Assembly: GCA_041391785.1 (NCBI GenBank)
Contig: JAWKNI010000015.1
Location: forward strand, 8,398 to 72,397
Direction: 5' to 3'
Origin: Flavobacteriales bacterium
GTDB lineage: Bacteria > Bacteroidota > Bacteroidia > Flavobacteriales_F > PHOS-HE28
Length of the DNA stretch: 64,000 nucleotides
The notes under the pieces were generated by a model, which saw only the letters and a program-made list of their open reading frames with translations, was not told the origin of the DNA and searched no databases. Made by a program: the position numbers and the translations under genes. Shown piece by piece: positions 61,273 through 64,000 of this stretch. The first letter of the stretch is position 1, and every line of letters begins with the position of its first letter.

Positions 61273-62196
61273 TTACACGCGCCTGCAAAGGACCTTGATC
61301 GTATCGCCGCGACCCAAGGCGCTGAGGATACCATTCGTCATCGATTTCGCCACTTTGAGATACCACGAGCGTTCAATGGCTGCACGCATGCGCTGGTCCG
61401 AATTGTTCGGAACGGTATTCTCCTCCATGGCCATATCCGCACCTCTGCTGCGCAGGAGTCGGCTGGGGCTGATCCCGGTGGTGCGTGTTCGAATGATCCG
61501 GAAGCCTGTTGTCCCGAGGGCCTTTCCAAGTGTGCGCGGGACGAAGTAATTCAAGTGCTCCGGATAGTTCACCACACTCCAGCGCGAGCCTGCCATGGCC
61601 CGGCTGATGGAATTGAAGTTGGGCGTGGTGAGGTAAAGAAGTCCATCCGGCCGAAGGAAACGGTGGAAGTTGCGCAATTCCCCGAGTGGATCGGTGAGGT
61701 GCTCAAGGACCTCGAAGCTGGTGATCACATCGAACGACCCTTCCTGGAAACTGGCGGCATCCAACGCACCTTGATGCATCCTGAAGCCCCTTTGGCGGCA
61801 GGCCTTCACCATTCTGACGTCATATTCCGATCCGTGCGCGGTCCAGCCTTTTTCAGTTGCGACATCCAGGAAATGGCCGGCACCTGAACCAGCGTCCAAC
61901 AGGTTGCCGGTGATCCGTGCGGATGCAAGGGTCTCCAACAGCTCCAGGTACCGCACCCTGGTCAGCGGATTCAACTCGGCGTGGATCGGGTAATCGCCGT
62001 ACATGGCAGCCAGTTCCGCAGGCGTAGGGTCGATACCGGCATAGACCATTCCACATGCGGGGCATCGATCCAGATGGTGGTCCGCAAAGGCTTTCAGTGG
62101 CGCTCCTTCGGCACTATGGCAAAGCGGGCATGAACGGGGGCGGGAACGCATCGGCCGCCGAAGATAATCGGGCCCGGGAGGTCGGATCACGGGCAT
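61273..62196 (-). CDS. Class I SAM-dependent methyltransferase with N-terminal Zn motif
   Basis: CPLC...RCPACG; LLDAGSGAG; FEVLEHL.DP; HLNYF. Start may be ~62151. Confidence 0.85.
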   Translation of the reverse strand: MPVIRPPGPDYLRRPMRSRPRSCPLCHSAEGAPLKAFADHHLDRCPACGMVYAGIDPTPAELAAMYGDYPIHAELNPLTRVRYLELLETLASARITGNLLDAGSGAGHFLDVATEKGWTAHGSEYDVRMVKACRQRGFRMHQGALDAASFQEGSFDVITSFEVLEHLTDPLGELRNFHRFLRPDGLLYLTTPNFNSISRAMAGSRWSVVNYPEHLNYFVPRTLGKALGTTGFRIIRTRTTGISPSRLLRSRGADMAMEENTVPNNSDQRMRAAIERSWYLKVAKSMTNGILSALGRGDTIKVLCRRV

Positions 62197-62214
62197 GGGT
62201 CCGGCCGGATATCT

Positions 62215-63651
62215 TTGGCCGGAGCAATGCCTTCAGGATCAGGTTCCCGCCCCATCGACATCGCCTTCTGGGAGTTCCTGGTCGTCCTTGTGTACATGGT
62301 GCTGGTGGGGGTCGTCTTTTCACGGAAGAAGGCGATCAACATCAAGCAGCACCCGGAGTACAAGTACTACCTGTGGGGCATCTATTCGAAGATCATCGGT
62401 GGTGTGCTGTTCTCGTTGACCTATGTCTACTATTACGACAACGGGGATACGATCAGCTACTTCCGTTCAGCGGTGCCGCTGGCGAACCTTGCGTTGAAGG
62501 ATCCGGTGATGTTCTTCCAGGCATTGTTCGCGGACAATACACCCGAGAACAGGTACCTCTTCTTCGACCAGGAAACGGGTTACCCGATCCCCTATGTGTA
62601 CTATGATTCCCGCACGTATTGGCTGGTACGGCTCATAAGCCCTTTGGTGTTGTTCTCGTTCAAAAGCTACCTGCTTGCCACGGCTTTCGTCAGCACGATC
62701 GCCTTCGGCGGGGTCTGGAGCCTGTACCGCACATTCGTGCGTTACTACCCCACCTTGCGCTGGCAGCTGGCGCTTGCGATACTGTTCTTTCCGTCCACCC
62801 TGTTCTGGGGGTCCGGCATCATGAAGGATACGTTCACGTTCACGGCCCTGTGCCTGTACATATCCAGCCTGGATGCCTTCTTTTTCCTGAAGCGCGATCG
62901 GCTGCGAGCGGGATCCATCGGCCTGGTGGCCTCGGCGCTGATGATCGCGATGAAGCCTTACATCTTCATGATGATCTTTCCTGCCGGCCTGCTGTGGGCC
63001 ATGCACCGGCGTGTTTCGCGCATTCGGAACTCACTGGTCCGTGTCCTGTTCCTTCCCATGGCCATGGCAGCGCTGGGATTCCTGGTGATCGTGACCTTGG
63101 AAAGCCTTGGCGACCGGTTGAACAAGTTCTCTCTGGACAAGGCCTTGGAAACGATCGTGGTCTCCCAGAACGACCTGAAGCGCGGCGAGCAATACGGCGA
63201 TAACTATTTCGACCTGGGTGAATTGGAGCCGACCTGGTCGAGCGTGTTCTCCAAGTTGCACGTGGCCACGTTCGCGGGCTTGTTCAGGCCCACCATCCTG
63301 GAGGCGAAGAACGTGGTGGTAATGCTTGCGGCGCTTGAGAACGCGTGGTTGCTCGTCTTCAGCATCACGATACTCATCAGGTCTCGGTTGGTGCATTTGA
63401 TCACGCTGATCCGATCCAATCCGTTGCTGCAGATGTGCTTTTTGTTCTCACTGGGTTATGCCTTCATGATCGGTGTCACCACGCCGAACTTCGGAGCGAT
63501 GATCCGCTTCAAGATCGCCTTGCTGCCGTTGTACGTTTCGGCGTTGTTCATCACCGACCTGATCCTGAAACGGTGGCGCGCCGCAAGCAACAGGGGGCTG
63601 GGCTTCCAATTCAAGACGTTCGTGGACGGCGATCCGGAGCGCGCCACCTGA
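62215..63651 (+). CDS. Multi-pass membrane protein, possible second polymerase/ligase or GT-C
   Basis: More than 10 TM helices, DTISY loop, FWGSGIMKD, NFGAMIRFK. Confidence 0.7.
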   Translation: MAGAMPSGSGSRPIDIAFWEFLVVLVYMVLVGVVFSRKKAINIKQHPEYKYYLWGIYSKIIGGVLFSLTYVYYYDNGDTISYFRSAVPLANLALKDPVMFFQALFADNTPENRYLFFDQETGYPIPYVYYDSRTYWLVRLISPLVLFSFKSYLLATAFVSTIAFGGVWSLYRTFVRYYPTLRWQLALAILFFPSTLFWGSGIMKDTFTFTALCLYISSLDAFFFLKRDRLRAGSIGLVASALMIAMKPYIFMMIFPAGLLWAMHRRVSRIRNSLVRVLFLPMAMAALGFLVIVTLESLGDRLNKFSLDKALETIVVSQNDLKRGEQYGDNYFDLGELEPTWSSVFSKLHVATFAGLFRPTILEAKNVVVMLAALENAWLLVFSITILIRSRLVHLITLIRSNPLLQMCFLFSLGYAFMIGVTTPNFGAMIRFKIALLPLYVSALFITDLILKRWRAASNRGLGFQFKTFVDGDPERAT

Positions 63652-63655
63652 ACGA

Positions 63656-64000
63656 TCAGTTCACCGGTCCCGGGGATCGACCGAGGATCTCATCATAGAC
63701 CGCCTTGGCGATCGCCACTGATTTGTAACGTGCGGCCAGTTCCACCATTTCAGCGCGGTGGTCGGGTCTTTCCGTGATCCGTTTGATCGTTTCCAGCGCG
63801 GCATCGAGATCATGCATGTCGGGGCTGTACACACTTCCGCCGATGCCATGGCGCATCAAACGATGATCGTCCGCGACCCCGTCCGTCATGAGGATCGGCA
63901 GCCCATTGGCCCAGTATTCACCATTCTTGATCGGGCACTGATAGCGTTTGATGTAGGACGGTTTGATGGTGCTGAATGCGAAGTCCGCGCTCGAGAGGTA
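63656..64000 (-). CDS. Glycosyltransferase C-terminal part (gene starts beyond the right edge)
   Basis: YLSSADFAFSTIKPSY...CPIKNGEYWANGLPIL (GT-B). Confidence 0.8.
   Translation of the reverse strand, partial: YLSSADFAFSTIKPSYIKRYQCPIKNGEYWANGLPILMTDGVADDHRLMRHGIGGSVYSPDMHDLDAALETIKRITERPDHRAEMVELAARYKSVAIAKAVYDEILGRSPGPVN

Overview
A high-GC (roughly 60%+ by eye) Bacteroidota chromosome segment, probably Flavobacteriales. The assignment rests on TAnnTTTG -7 promoter boxes, T9SS C-terminal sorting domains, a short CarB lacking the MGS domain, and the birA/rsfS/ftsH/cdsA/psd synteny. Most of the window is housekeeping (carB, rpmH, birA, rsfS, ftsH, cdsA, psd, yjjG, upp, wecB, radC, rpsT, a DEAD-box helicase, nadC, rlmH) or surface-glycan genes. 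These include a Wza/Wzc/Wzx/Wzy cluster with a WcaJ-like priming transferase, an MBOAT pair, a YfhO-GT4-flippase operon and several methyltransferases. The unusual part is 3.1-8.3 kb, directly downstream of carB. The last ~20-35 codons of carB recur as two diverged non-coding copies (8092-8188 and 7340-7472). Both copies carry a TGTCACTGCGAG-stem-loop-CGTGGCAG element at the same position, after the DPxF codons. Each copy is followed by a co-oriented, AT-richer cargo gene: a Zn-ribbon ORF, then a Schlafen/AlbA_2-HATPase-wHTH-RRM fusion. Further single genes and a nested-palindrome REP array follow, so the locus looks like a cassette-accreting hotspot anchored on carB, with no recombinase in view. 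Two helically phased direct-repeat operator candidates were also seen (678-716 and 24922-24970). Caveat: 3.7-10.6 kb and ~43.2-43.8 kb are dense in single-base indels, probably long-read errors, so proteins there were reconstructed by hand across frames. No tRNA, rRNA, CRISPR array or transposase was recognised.
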